Below, piece after piece: positions 9,987 through 18,929 of a stretch of 64,000 bases of DNA (within the stretch, counting starts at the first letter, position 1; each line of letters starts with the position of its first letter). Origin of the DNA: Candidatus Bathyarchaeota archaeon (GTDB taxonomy: Archaea; Thermoproteota; Bathyarchaeia; Bathyarchaeales; Bathycorpusculaceae); the NCBI GenBank assembly GCA_963702095.1, contig OY969706.1, positions 2,528,001 to 2,592,000 on the forward strand. Direction: 5' to 3'. Under the pieces are notes generated by a model that made no database searches, was not told the origin of the DNA, and saw only the letters and a list, made by a program, of their open reading frames with translations. The translations under genes and the position numbers were made by a program.

Positions 9987-10991
9987 CTAGTCAGAGCTTT
10001 GGGATTTAGCGATTTTCTGCTTCAAAAGAGACTCGCATTTTTTGAGGGCATCCTTGATTTCGCCTTTGCCGCTGACACCAGATGCCATCGCATGGCCGCC
10101 ACCCACACCACCCAAAAACTCGCCAAGAGGCGCCGCAATATCGGTTCCCAGATGCACAGCAGCTTTCTCGTTGAACTGGCGGGTGCTGCGGAGGCTGATT
10201 TCGACTTTACCGTTTTTTTTGCCTGCCACCGCCGCCACATGCGCCCCCAAATCCACAAGCGCCTTAGCTGCAGAAGCTTGGTAGGCACTTACATGTGAAA
10301 GCGCCACAATCCACCCTTCGATTCTGATTATTCTTGCACGTTTACATGCTTTGAGCTTCGCGACCCGCTCGGAATCCTCAATGGGCAGGGCAAACTGGGC
10401 AAGCGTCTCCTGTGCGTCTATGCCTGCCTTCACCAGTTCTGCGATGACGCCGAAAGTGGGTGAATTAGCCAGTGCAAAATGGCGGGTGTCAAACGCTATG
10501 CCGACAAAAAGCGCTTTTGCCTCGTTGAGGGCGGGTTTGACGTCTGCTTCGACGTAGAGGCGGTAGACGAGTTCGCAGTTGGCAGCGGCGGTTTGGTCGA
10601 GGATGCAGAGTTTGCAGATTGCGGTGGTTTCGGGGCTGGGGGCGTGGTGGTCGATGATGATTTTTGGGGCAGGCGACTTTTTGATGGCTCCAGCAACTTC
10701 GTCTAGCTGCTCCACGGTGTTCATGTCTAAGAGCACGATGACTTCGGCGGAGTCAATGTTGGGTTTTAGGTTAACTGTGATGGGCAAGTACTCAAGCAAT
10801 GTCTTGGCGGGTTTGTTGATGCCCTGCGGACACCCAATCTCCACTACAACGTTGGGTAAAAACCGCTTCAAAAGCATCTGCAACCCATAGGCGCTGCAAA
10901 TTGCGTCGGCGTCGGCGCTGCGGTGACAAAGCAAAAGAACAAAGCCTGCTTGCTGCTGCTCTAAAATTGTGATTAATTCTTTGAAGGACAT
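9987..10991 (-). CDS. DHH family phosphoesterase
   Basis: H..ADAD, IIDHH, DT and C-terminal GGGH (DHHA1). Confidence 0.9.
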   Translation of the reverse strand: MSFKELITILEQQQAGFVLLLCHRSADADAICSAYGLQMLLKRFLPNVVVEIGCPQGINKPAKTLLEYLPITVNLKPNIDSAEVIVLLDMNTVEQLDEVAGAIKKSPAPKIIIDHHAPSPETTAICKLCILDQTAAANCELVYRLYVEADVKPALNEAKALFVGIAFDTRHFALANSPTFGVIAELVKAGIDAQETLAQFALPIEDSERVAKLKACKRARIIRIEGWIVALSHVSAYQASAAKALVDLGAHVAAVAGKKNGKVEISLRSTRQFNEKAAVHLGTDIAAPLGEFLGGVGGGHAMASGVSGKGEIKDALKKCESLLKQKIAKSQSSD

Positions 10992-11278
10992 CGTAGTTTT
11001 CTCAGGTAGTTTTCTGTAGCTTCATGCGCCTTAGCCGTAGCAGCCTTAACCAATGCTTCCACGTCAACAGTTTGGGTTTGCTTGGTTAGGAGCAGGTTGA
11101 TTTCCACGGTGACGCTGACCGGTTTTGTGCCTTCCACTTCGACGCTGATGTCGAGGCGTTCCACGTCTTTGCTTGGAACTTGTTTTAGGATGTATCGGCG
11201 GGCTGCGTCTTCGGTGATTTGGCATAAAAGTTCGATTTGCTCGGTGGATAGCTCTGGAAAACCGAGCTCACCCATCAA
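10973..11278 (-). CDS. DUF3194-like hypothetical protein
   Basis: Small archaeal ORF (GFPELSTEQIE...) in its usual position between prefoldin beta and DHH. Confidence 0.7.
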   Translation of the reverse strand: MMGELGFPELSTEQIELLCQITEDAARRYILKQVPSKDVERLDISVEVEGTKPVSVTVEINLLLTKQTQTVDVEALVKAATAKAHEATENYLRKLRCPSKN

Positions 11279-11293
11279 GCATCAAATCTCCAT

Positions 11294-11674
11294 TTAAGAG
11301 AGGGGTTGACCTTGACCTGAAACTGGGCTTAGGTCTTCTTGCAGTTTAGTCTGTGACTCTTTAACTTGGCTGCGGACGCGTTCTTCCTGTCGGTTGATGA
11401 CGGTGCTGCGGGTTTCGAGCAGGGACTTGCGTTCGTTGAGGTCTTCGCTTACTTTGGCTTTTTCTGCTTTGACAAGCAGTGATCCAATGGCTTTGTAGAT
11501 GACTGCGTCGTCTGTGGTTTTGGCGAGTTCTGCGAGGGTTTGTTCTACCTCAACTTTTTCCATGTCAACCTGCTGTTTTTGAGCCATAATCGACTGCAGC
11601 GTCTGCTGTAACTGTTGGAGTCTGAGAAGCCTTTCTTGCACGTTAGGCGGTAATCTGGATAGTTCATCACTCAA
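11294..11674 (-). CDS. pfdB: prefoldin subunit beta
   Basis: LPPNVQ start, Gln-rich coiled coil, YKAIGSLLVK beta-hairpin. Confidence 0.93.
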   Translation of the reverse strand: MSDELSRLPPNVQERLLRLQQLQQTLQSIMAQKQQVDMEKVEVEQTLAELAKTTDDAVIYKAIGSLLVKAEKAKVSEDLNERKSLLETRSTVINRQEERVRSQVKESQTKLQEDLSPVSGQGQPLS

Positions 11675-11732
11675 AGTTTATTCCTTCCGTACCCCAAAAA
11701 GAGAGAAGCTATTAATTAAGGGTTTCCAACAC

Positions 11733-11867
11733 TTTTTTTCTATAGTAGTTGTTGGCGAAAACCCGCTATACACAACAACAACCAGCAGAGTTTGTGAACG
11801 GTTGCTTTTTCGGTTCAGAACCTATTTCGTGTTGCAGGCTGGTTGTGGAGCAAACCTCAAGCAGAAT
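11733..11867 (+). repeat. dispersed ~130-bp intergenic repeat, subfamily A copy
   Basis: tttttctatagtagttgttg-N18-caacaacaacca-N48-tgcaggctggttgtg...caagcaga; matches the copies at 27845, 50720 and 63802. Confidence 0.9.
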
Positions 11868-11924
11868 CAAATAACCTTTTAATCCACTGTATAAGGGGAA
11901 GGGGAGAGGCGGCAGAGCAACAGA

Positions 11925-12545
11925 TTAGCCCTTGCATCTTTGTCCCAATAATTTCTCTGCCAACTGCAACTCCTGCACGGTGTTGATGTTTACGGCGAGT
12001 TCCTCGTAGTTGAGGACGTAGATGTCTTGGTCGAGCCATTCGTCACCATAACGTTTGCTGCCATCAATGACGTTTATGCCCACTGGAACCAGTTCCTGCC
12101 CGCATTCGCTAAAAGAGTAGTCAACGCACATTCCAAGCTGGGTTTTAGCATTGATTGGAACCGCAACCGTCAACGCGGGCTTACCGCAACGCTCATACCG
12201 CTCCACAATCGCATCGATCATCTCGGACTTGACCAGTGGCAAGTCGGCGGCAATCGCCAAAAACACGCCCAACTTAAGCACCTGCACAGTGTAACCCATG
12301 TCGCTGACATAGTCGTTGCCGGGGGTTTCGATGACCTGCACGCTTTGCTGCTTCATCAACGCCGCAGTTTTTGGAGTAACAACGGTTGTGGCGACAATTA
12401 TCCTATCGATTTTCTTCGCGCCTCTCAGCGCTTCTATAACGTATTCGATGACGGGTTTACCGCAGACATAAATCAGCGGTTTCTCTTCGGCGAGTTTCAT
12501 GCGGGTGCCTTTGCCGCCTGCCATAACCAGTGCCGTTACACCCAT
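11925..12545 (-). CDS. cobY: GTP:adenosylcobinamide-phosphate guanylyltransferase CobY
   Basis: ALVMAGGKGTRM, EKPL, ADLP, NINT; in an operon with cobS/cobT. Confidence 0.85.
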   Translation of the reverse strand: MGVTALVMAGGKGTRMKLAEEKPLIYVCGKPVIEYVIEALRGAKKIDRIIVATTVVTPKTAALMKQQSVQVIETPGNDYVSDMGYTVQVLKLGVFLAIAADLPLVKSEMIDAIVERYERCGKPALTVAVPINAKTQLGMCVDYSFSECGQELVPVGINVIDGSKRYGDEWLDQDIYVLNYEELAVNINTVQELQLAEKLLGQRCKG

Positions 12546-13330
12546 GCAACCACCGCCAACAAAACAACCACGCAGATCATCCGTGTCAATTCGTTTGTTG
12601 CGCCGAACACGTCGCCTGTGACTCCGTTAAAGTTTTTGTGCGCCACCGCCACCATAACCAAGCCTGCTGTGACAGCGGCTAAAACGACAAAGACGCCTGC
12701 AACCCAGAGCAGTGGCACCGCAACTGCCAAAGAGATTGCCAAAGCAGCGGTTAAACGCCAATTTCCTGCTTTGCCATGCATGGCTTCAAGGAACGCTGAG
12801 TTCATGCCTTGATGGACGGATTTTCCAGCCCAAGCCGCCACAGTCATCGCCAATTTAGCGCAAAGCTCAACCACAATTACGCCTGGAACCACCAGTGGAA
12901 CCGCGAAACCGCCGATGGCTACGGTTCTGCCGAGTCCAACAAACGCAAAAGCAGTAATCACATAAGTCATCAAAGCTAAGCCGATGGCACCTGCACCGGT
13001 AAGTTGGTCATGCATAACCTCGATTCTGCGCTCGGGGGTACCGTGCACCATGACGGCGTCGCCGAAATCCAGCAGCCCATCGGTATGGTGGAGTCCAGTC
13101 ATCCAAAGCAGCAGCGCCAAAACCAAAGCGCCCACTGCTATGCCGACTGCGGGAAAGAATTGGTACATGACCCAACCGAATAAGCCTGCAAGCAAACCCA
13201 GAAATGCGCCGATGAGAGGAAAAGCCCACATGTTGCGTGCGCAGTCGTTGAACAGGTCCTTGTCCATGGTGACTGGGAAAACGGTTAAGAAAGATAGGAG
13301 GTTCTTGAGCTGCTTAACTACCACTTGCAC
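12536..13330 (-). CDS. cobS: adenosylcobinamide-GDP ribazoletransferase (cobalamin synthase)
   Basis: SFLT, GLHHTDGLLDFGD, MHD..TGAG, GVTGDVFGA.NE canonical motifs. Confidence 0.92.
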   Translation of the reverse strand: MQVVVKQLKNLLSFLTVFPVTMDKDLFNDCARNMWAFPLIGAFLGLLAGLFGWVMYQFFPAVGIAVGALVLALLLWMTGLHHTDGLLDFGDAVMVHGTPERRIEVMHDQLTGAGAIGLALMTYVITAFAFVGLGRTVAIGGFAVPLVVPGVIVVELCAKLAMTVAAWAGKSVHQGMNSAFLEAMHGKAGNWRLTAALAISLAVAVPLLWVAGVFVVLAAVTAGLVMVAVAHKNFNGVTGDVFGATNELTRMICVVVLLAVVAWV

Positions 13331-13331
13331 T

Positions 13332-14420
13332 TCACTTTGCTTGCATCAGTGAGGCATAATTACGCTCTATCTCCTTAAGAAGAATTTGCTTGGTAACTGC
13401 TCCGCCGGTCTTTGCCATGGCTGCGATGGATGCTCCGCCTGCACCGACGCCTTCTTTGACCAAGCCGGTTTCGTAGATTTGCAAACCAGGATATTTGGAT
13501 GAGCCAAAATCTAAGTCAGCGGCTAACACCGGGACTTTGCAGAACTGTTCGGTGATTCCACAGATGTCGCTGGATTTATCTTGGGTGACCCAGCGTGTGG
13601 TGCCTACAGCGACGTTGCAAAGGGATTCTGGGTGCAATGCGTTGATTACCGCCAATACCGCGGTCATCTGTGTGCCGCCCGCCATCAACACAGGCGCCTG
13701 ACGTGCCCCGCCGATGACTAAACCGGCAACCGCTGCCATCATCGGGTCGCCAACAGCAGAAACCGCCTTAATCGGGTCACCTCTGAAGCTACCGAATTTT
13801 TGCTCAGCGGCTTTCAAACCGGCAGAGACGACGTCCGCCTTGAGGTCATGCGGGTTATTCGGCAGTGTGCTGCTGACTTTGCCGTGAGCGTTGATGCCCA
13901 GAGCTGTCAGTACACCCAGTGCTGTCGTGGTTCCGCCGGGGATGCTCTCGCCAATAACAAGATAATCAGCCACTTTCGCCAACTGTTCACCAACAACTTT
14001 CGCCCGCTCTATAACTTCCTCCACGTTGTCGACGCTGTCACCTGTTCGGATGTCGCGTCCGGGGCTTCCGTTGACATCGATGTAGGGGATTTGCGGTTTA
14101 ACTTTGACGCCGCCGTTGACAACCAGCACGGGGATGTCGGCTAAATGCAGCGCCGAGGTGGTAATCAACGCGGGTGTGGGGATACCGTCGGGGGTGATGG
14201 GGACACCTTGGATGCTTCTGCATTTGCCCAGCAACAAGAGTTCGGCGTCTGCTGGAGGTGTGAAGTCGGTGAAATCGGGGTTTGCGCCTGCCGCCGACAA
14301 CCCGGGGATTTTGCCGGTTTCAGTGGTGGCGATTGTGGCGATGAACAGTGGGTTTTTAGCCTCGATTTCATCGAGGAAGGCTTTTGCCTTCAACTCATTA
14401 TTCGCAACTAAGACATCCAT
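13332..14420 (-). CDS. cobT: archaeal nicotinate-nucleotide:base phosphoribosyltransferase
   Basis: IPGLSAAGA, TPPADAE, GESIPGGTTTA, AGGTQM, VKEGVGAGG (MJ1598-type). Confidence 0.9.
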   Translation of the reverse strand: MDVLVANNELKAKAFLDEIEAKNPLFIATIATTETGKIPGLSAAGANPDFTDFTPPADAELLLLGKCRSIQGVPITPDGIPTPALITTSALHLADIPVLVVNGGVKVKPQIPYIDVNGSPGRDIRTGDSVDNVEEVIERAKVVGEQLAKVADYLVIGESIPGGTTTALGVLTALGINAHGKVSSTLPNNPHDLKADVVSAGLKAAEQKFGSFRGDPIKAVSAVGDPMMAAVAGLVIGGARQAPVLMAGGTQMTAVLAVINALHPESLCNVAVGTTRWVTQDKSSDICGITEQFCKVPVLAADLDFGSSKYPGLQIYETGLVKEGVGAGGASIAAMAKTGGAVTKQILLKEIERNYASLMQAK

Positions 14421-14429
14421 TTTGGTGGC

Positions 14430-15098
14430 CTACTTTTGGGTTACAGTGTACTTCTTGATTTCTAAGTACCCAAAGCCATTATCTAAGCGTTTCTTCTCAG
14501 TCTCAACCAACTCGATTTTCAGTTTGAAGTCGGGTCCATCAGTGATGACGGTATGGTATTCGCCGCCTTCACCACAGGCATCCACGCCGGGAAGCTTGAG
14601 GATATCATCGTAGAATTGGCGGTCTAACACGCGTCCAAGCCAATCCAAGCTCAGTTCGCGGTTGGTGCGCACCACCGTTGCCTTTAAGCCTGTGGCGATG
14701 TAGTCGAGGTAAATCTGTTTGGTGTCCCCCATCCACAGCGGCTTAACAGGTTGCAAGCCGACTTCTTTTAGGATGCGAGCCAGCCAGCCTTCTTCGTGAC
14801 CAGCGACTTCGTAGATGTCGCCTGTGACTAAGCCTTCTGCGCCTCTGTTTTTGCATTCGGTGAGTACTGCTTTGAAGTCGGCTTCGTAGGTTTCGGCGGA
14901 AGTCGTTTTTTTGATGAGTTGCACCCCTGTGGCTTTGGCTTGGGCGTCGAGGATGCCTGCGGGGATCATGTGGAAGTTGGATTTTTCCTCGTTCATCATC
15001 ATGGTTAATAGGGATAGGACTTGGTGTCCTTGCTGTTTTGCAAGGAGGTATGCGTAGGCGCTGTCTTTGCCGCCGCTCCATGAAGCAACAACTTTCAT
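14430..15098 (-). CDS. Dph6/diphthine-ammonia-ligase-family PP-loop ATPase (first gene of the cob operon)
   Basis: SWSGGKDS, VTGDI, PLW, DACGEGGEYHT. Confidence 0.85.
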   Translation of the reverse strand: MKVVASWSGGKDSAYAYLLAKQQGHQVLSLLTMMMNEEKSNFHMIPAGILDAQAKATGVQLIKKTTSAETYEADFKAVLTECKNRGAEGLVTGDIYEVAGHEEGWLARILKEVGLQPVKPLWMGDTKQIYLDYIATGLKATVVRTNRELSLDWLGRVLDRQFYDDILKLPGVDACGEGGEYHTVITDGPDFKLKIELVETEKKRLDNGFGYLEIKKYTVTQK

Positions 15099-15390
15099 CT
15101 AATTTTTCCTCCAGTTTGGTATGAAACAGTTAAACAGGAAAATAAGGTTTTACTTGCCAAACATTTAGAAGGCTTGGTTTCTGCTGACTTTTTGGGCAGT
15201 GCAAGCATGTTTTGTTTGATGTTTAGCAATTTTTCCTGCAACCCTTTTGGTTGGTTTATCCAACCTTTTCATATTAAGTTTACGGTGCCACCAACATTTT
15301 ATCGTAAGCAGACCCATCGCGCACTAAGAACTCATAGAATGGAAAGATTCGCAAAATATCCGTTAATACCTTGTTTATCAAAAGATTCAA

Positions 15391-15639
15391 ATGGCAACTC
15401 AACGAAAAGGATGTTCGAGGGCATTACGCTTGGATAAACCAACAGTGGTAATTACTGTGAATCGAAGAGGCAAAAGTGTCGATTACAAAATTGAATGTTC
15501 CAACAAAGTATCTACCGAAGAGTTGACGCATTATCTTGATGAAATAATTGAAGGCATATGCACTTGGAAACCTGGCGTCTGCGAAGAAACCGTACAAACC
15601 ATTGTCGGCTCCATAAAAGAAAAAACGGATAGGTTCTAA
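15391..15639 (+). CDS. hypothetical protein
   Basis: 82-aa ORF with no recognisable motif. Confidence 0.4.
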   Translation: MATQRKGCSRALRLDKPTVVITVNRRGKSVDYKIECSNKVSTEELTHYLDEIIEGICTWKPGVCEETVQTIVGSIKEKTDRF

Positions 15640-15650
15640 AGAGATAGTCG

Positions 15651-15950
15651 CTAAGTCGACGATTTAGAATACTCTTGCGTTTTTTCGGCTACTTTGCCGT
15701 CCGCTTTTTTTGAGTTCAAATTAATGTTGACAACGATATTGTTGTAAATCACAAGGTTTGCAGAGGCAGAAGCCTTTGGACTAAGCAGATTCGCCTCTTT
15801 TGAGTTACCCTTATCTTTTGTTTCAGAAGAATTGGAGGTTATTGCAAGCGCACCCAACAGTTCTACGGTTTGTGGGGATAAAATGGTTTGTTGGCTACCT
15901 AATGAAACAATAGAATGGCTTTCAGAAGACTTAAAACAATCCTTGCCCAT
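15651..15950 (-). CDS. hypothetical protein (doubtful)
   Basis: 99-aa ORF, low complexity, start only 19 bp from the divergent CobZ-like start. Confidence 0.3.
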   Translation of the reverse strand: MGKDCFKSSESHSIVSLGSQQTILSPQTVELLGALAITSNSSETKDKGNSKEANLLSPKASASANLVIYNNIVVNINLNSKKADGKVAEKTQEYSKSST

Positions 15951-15969
15951 AAAAAAAGCGGTCTAACAC

Positions 15970-16452
15970 ATGAACCAACAAACCCCGCCCCTACTAACCT
16001 ACCTCGAAAGCAAAGGCATCACTCTCCAAAGCCTCATTGACTGTGCCTTGGAAATGTATGTTCCCCACCCAGGAATAGAAACCGTCGAAAAAGCCACCGA
16101 AATGCTCAAAGAAGAATTCCTCGACGCCCTAAACGACGTAAACGTATCCATTTTGGAGTGGGCAGCATTCCATGCACAGGAAGACGCAGAAAACGGCTTA
16201 ATCCCCGGCTTAACCCAGGAACGCTTCAAGGGCAGACCAGGCCCAATTTCAGACGAGATCTTGGGGATAGCCATCGCCACCTACATCGGCGGAACCCGAG
16301 GCGTCTTCGAATACGTCCGTTTCGACCAAGCCAAACCAGGCATCCTCAAAAGCTTAGGCTCCATCACCAACGATGCCATAGGCGCTTTAGTCGCTGGTGT
16401 ATCCTCCAACGTCTACACACGTGCAATAAAGAGCGCTGGCACAACCTGCTAA
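15970..16452 (+). CDS. CobZ/PgpA-family phosphatase (alpha-ribazole-phosphate or lipid-phosphate phosphatase)
   Basis: D.NV, DEILG, YIGGTRG.FEYVRFDQAKPGIL as in archaeal CobZ; the C-terminal DD appears as ND. Confidence 0.75.
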   Translation: MNQQTPPLLTYLESKGITLQSLIDCALEMYVPHPGIETVEKATEMLKEEFLDALNDVNVSILEWAAFHAQEDAENGLIPGLTQERFKGRPGPISDEILGIAIATYIGGTRGVFEYVRFDQAKPGILKSLGSITNDAIGALVAGVSSNVYTRAIKSAGTTC

Positions 16453-16508
16453 GGGTTTTTCCGTAAATTATAATACCTCCGCGGTTGAGGGTTAATCGTT
16501 GGCTTCCC

Positions 16509-17666
16509 ATGGCTAAAACTCGGCTCTGCATCGTCACCCACACGTTTCTGCCCCATGTCGGCGGCATAGAAATAGTGACCAACGAACAGAGCAAACGGCT
16601 GCTACACAAAAACTATGCGCCCATGGTGGTTACTAACAGGATTGGGACGCCGCGGAGTTATGTGGTTGATGGGGTGCCTGTAGAATGTTATGAATCCCTA
16701 AACACCGGCTTTCGCTTAGGCATCCCCTACTCTATCCCAACAGTGCCCAGTTTCCCAACTTTTGCTAAAGCGGTGAAATCCGCCAAAATCGTTCATGCCC
16801 ACGGCCACCCCTACCTGACCTCGCTAGTCGCGGGCAAACTCGCCAAGTTCTACGGCAAACCCTTCGTCTTAACCCAACACAACACCTACATCGAATACAA
16901 CAACATCTTCAACCAAGTAGAACTCTTAAACGACCTATCCGTGGGCAAACAGAACCTAGCAGCCGCAGACAAAATCATAACAATCAGCAACGCCACCAGA
17001 GACTACGTGTTGAGGTTGGGGGCAGACCCAAACAAAATCAAAGTCATCTACAACGGCGTCGACCTCGCCAGATTCCGAGTCATCGCAGGGAGGAAACAGG
17101 AGATGCGAAAGAAACTGGGCATACCCCAAGAGGCTGTGGTGGTTTTGACTGTGCGTAGACTTGTTTACAAGAATGGCATCGACAACCTCCTTGAATGCGC
17201 CAACATCGCCATCGAAAAGAACCCCAAAATCGTGTTTGTGGCAGTGGGTAAGGGCCCCGACTTGGAAGGTGTCCGGGCGCAGGTTGCCCAGTTGGGGTTG
17301 ACAGGCAATTTCAGGTTAGCGGGTTTTGTCAGCGACGAGGATTTGCCTTCGTACTATAATTTGGCGGATTTGTTTGTGTTGCCTTCCAAGTCCGGTGAGG
17401 GTTTGCCGCTTGTGGCGTTGGAGGCGATGGCATGCGGGTTGCCAGTGGTAGCTACTAACGTGGGCGGCATCGGCGAGATTCCCGTTAGAGAGTTCGGCAA
17501 GTTGGTTCCGCCTAACCAGCCCCAACAGCTTGCGGGAGCGGTCTTGGAATTCGCAGCAGGTGACTTTTCGCCCCGTAAAGCAGAGCTAAGAGCTAGGGTG
17601 GAGGAGCGTTTTAGTTGGGATGCTAACGTTGAGCGACTTGTCGAAATATACGAAGAGCTTATTTAG
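16509..17666 (+). CDS. GT4 family glycosyltransferase
   Basis: PHVGGIE, HAHG, NGVD, EGLPLVALEAMACG; ATG at 16509 preferred. Confidence 0.92.
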   Translation: MAKTRLCIVTHTFLPHVGGIEIVTNEQSKRLLHKNYAPMVVTNRIGTPRSYVVDGVPVECYESLNTGFRLGIPYSIPTVPSFPTFAKAVKSAKIVHAHGHPYLTSLVAGKLAKFYGKPFVLTQHNTYIEYNNIFNQVELLNDLSVGKQNLAAADKIITISNATRDYVLRLGADPNKIKVIYNGVDLARFRVIAGRKQEMRKKLGIPQEAVVVLTVRRLVYKNGIDNLLECANIAIEKNPKIVFVAVGKGPDLEGVRAQVAQLGLTGNFRLAGFVSDEDLPSYYNLADLFVLPSKSGEGLPLVALEAMACGLPVVATNVGGIGEIPVREFGKLVPPNQPQQLAGAVLEFAAGDFSPRKAELRARVEERFSWDANVERLVEIYEELI

Positions 17667-17713
17667 CCATGTAACGGAAACAATATAGCTCTCTATACGG
17701 AATGTAGCAACTG

Positions 17714-18454
17714 ATGACGTCAAAAGTTGAGATGGTTTCGGTCGTCATTCCGACACTCAACGAAGCCGGAACCATAATGGAAGCCATAGATACAATCGAG
17801 AAGTACGTTAGTTACCCAAAGGAAATTATTATTGTCGACGGGAACTCAACGGATGGCACACTGGAGAAAGTAAAAGACTGTGAGCGTTGCCGACTCATCG
17901 TTGAACCCAGACGCGGCTACGGCGTCGCGTTGAGAACCGGCATGAAAGCCGCCAAAGGCAACATCCTAATTATGGTTGATGCCGACGGCACCTACGAGTT
18001 CAAACACATCGACCGCCTAGTCAGCCGCTTGATAGAAAAAGACGCGGACATGGTTTTAGCCACCCGAATGTATGACCCCAACAAAGCCATGGGGTTCCTC
18101 AACTTCTTAGGCAACAAAGTCATCACCTTTACCTACGACTTCTTCTACAGCCAATTCTTAAGCGACACTCAATCCGGTTTTCGGGCAATCGACCGCACAA
18201 AATATGACAGTGTACGGTTCAAGGAAACCGACATGCCCTTTGCCACGGAGATGCTTATCCAATTTGCCAGAGAGGGCTACAACATGGTAGAGATTCCCTC
18301 AACGTATAAACCTCGAATGTACGGTGAAACTAAGCTTAGACCGTTACAGTCGGGAATCAGAATTTTTACCACTATATTTAAGGGGTTCTTGGATGCTAAG
18401 ACGTTTAGAGTCTGCTATGCACATTGGAAGAAGAATCGGTATAAGCGACGATAA
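17714..18454 (+). CDS. GT2 family glycosyltransferase (polyprenol-P-sugar synthase-like)
   Basis: SVVIPTLNE, VDGNSTDGT, GYG.A, DADG, DTQSGFRA. Confidence 0.9.
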   Translation: MTSKVEMVSVVIPTLNEAGTIMEAIDTIEKYVSYPKEIIIVDGNSTDGTLEKVKDCERCRLIVEPRRGYGVALRTGMKAAKGNILIMVDADGTYEFKHIDRLVSRLIEKDADMVLATRMYDPNKAMGFLNFLGNKVITFTYDFFYSQFLSDTQSGFRAIDRTKYDSVRFKETDMPFATEMLIQFAREGYNMVEIPSTYKPRMYGETKLRPLQSGIRIFTTIFKGFLDAKTFRVCYAHWKKNRYKRR

Positions 18455-18929
18455 AGGCTACTTTGTTCCAGTTCTTATCGCTTTGATAGTTGTTGCCTCC
18501 ACAGTCGCAGGCTTCTACATCTACTACAACGTGGTTTCTGCTAAGCCTTCGCCTTACAACACGATTTTTCTCCTCGACGCCCAAGAACAAGCCACAGATT
18601 ACCCCCAAACCCTCGTTGCAAACCACAACAGCACCTTCAGCCTAAACGTTGGAGTAACCTGCCATGAAGGCAAAGCCGAAAAACAAAGCTACCAAGTACA
18701 GATAAAAGTAACCCAGAACCTGCCAGCCACTTTCCCAATGCAGACGCCACCCACCCAAACCTTTAACCTGAGCCTAAAAGACGGCGACACACAGGTGACC
18801 AAAGTCACCCTCACAGAGAACACTGTAGGAAACTATGCGGTGATCTTTGAACTCTACAAGTTGGACGATTCGGGGAATTTTGTTTTTACTCAGGATTACT
18901 GTGTGCTGCCCATACAAGTCGTCAGTTAA
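18417..18929 (+). CDS. DUF1616-like membrane-anchored protein
   Basis: One N-terminal TM helix, then LL...A.DYP and an Ig-like beta domain; start approximate. Confidence 0.65.
   Translation: MHIGRRIGISDDKGYFVPVLIALIVVASTVAGFYIYYNVVSAKPSPYNTIFLLDAQEQATDYPQTLVANHNSTFSLNVGVTCHEGKAEKQSYQVQIKVTQNLPATFPMQTPPTQTFNLSLKDGDTQVTKVTLTENTVGNYAVIFELYKLDDSGNFVFTQDYCVLPIQVVS

Noticed and set aside
12027-12812. Long antisense ORFs (e.g. 12027-12812, 6469-7089, 52668-53258, 33407-33979)
   Set aside because: They lie opposite well-supported genes and have no motifs; treated as shadow ORFs.
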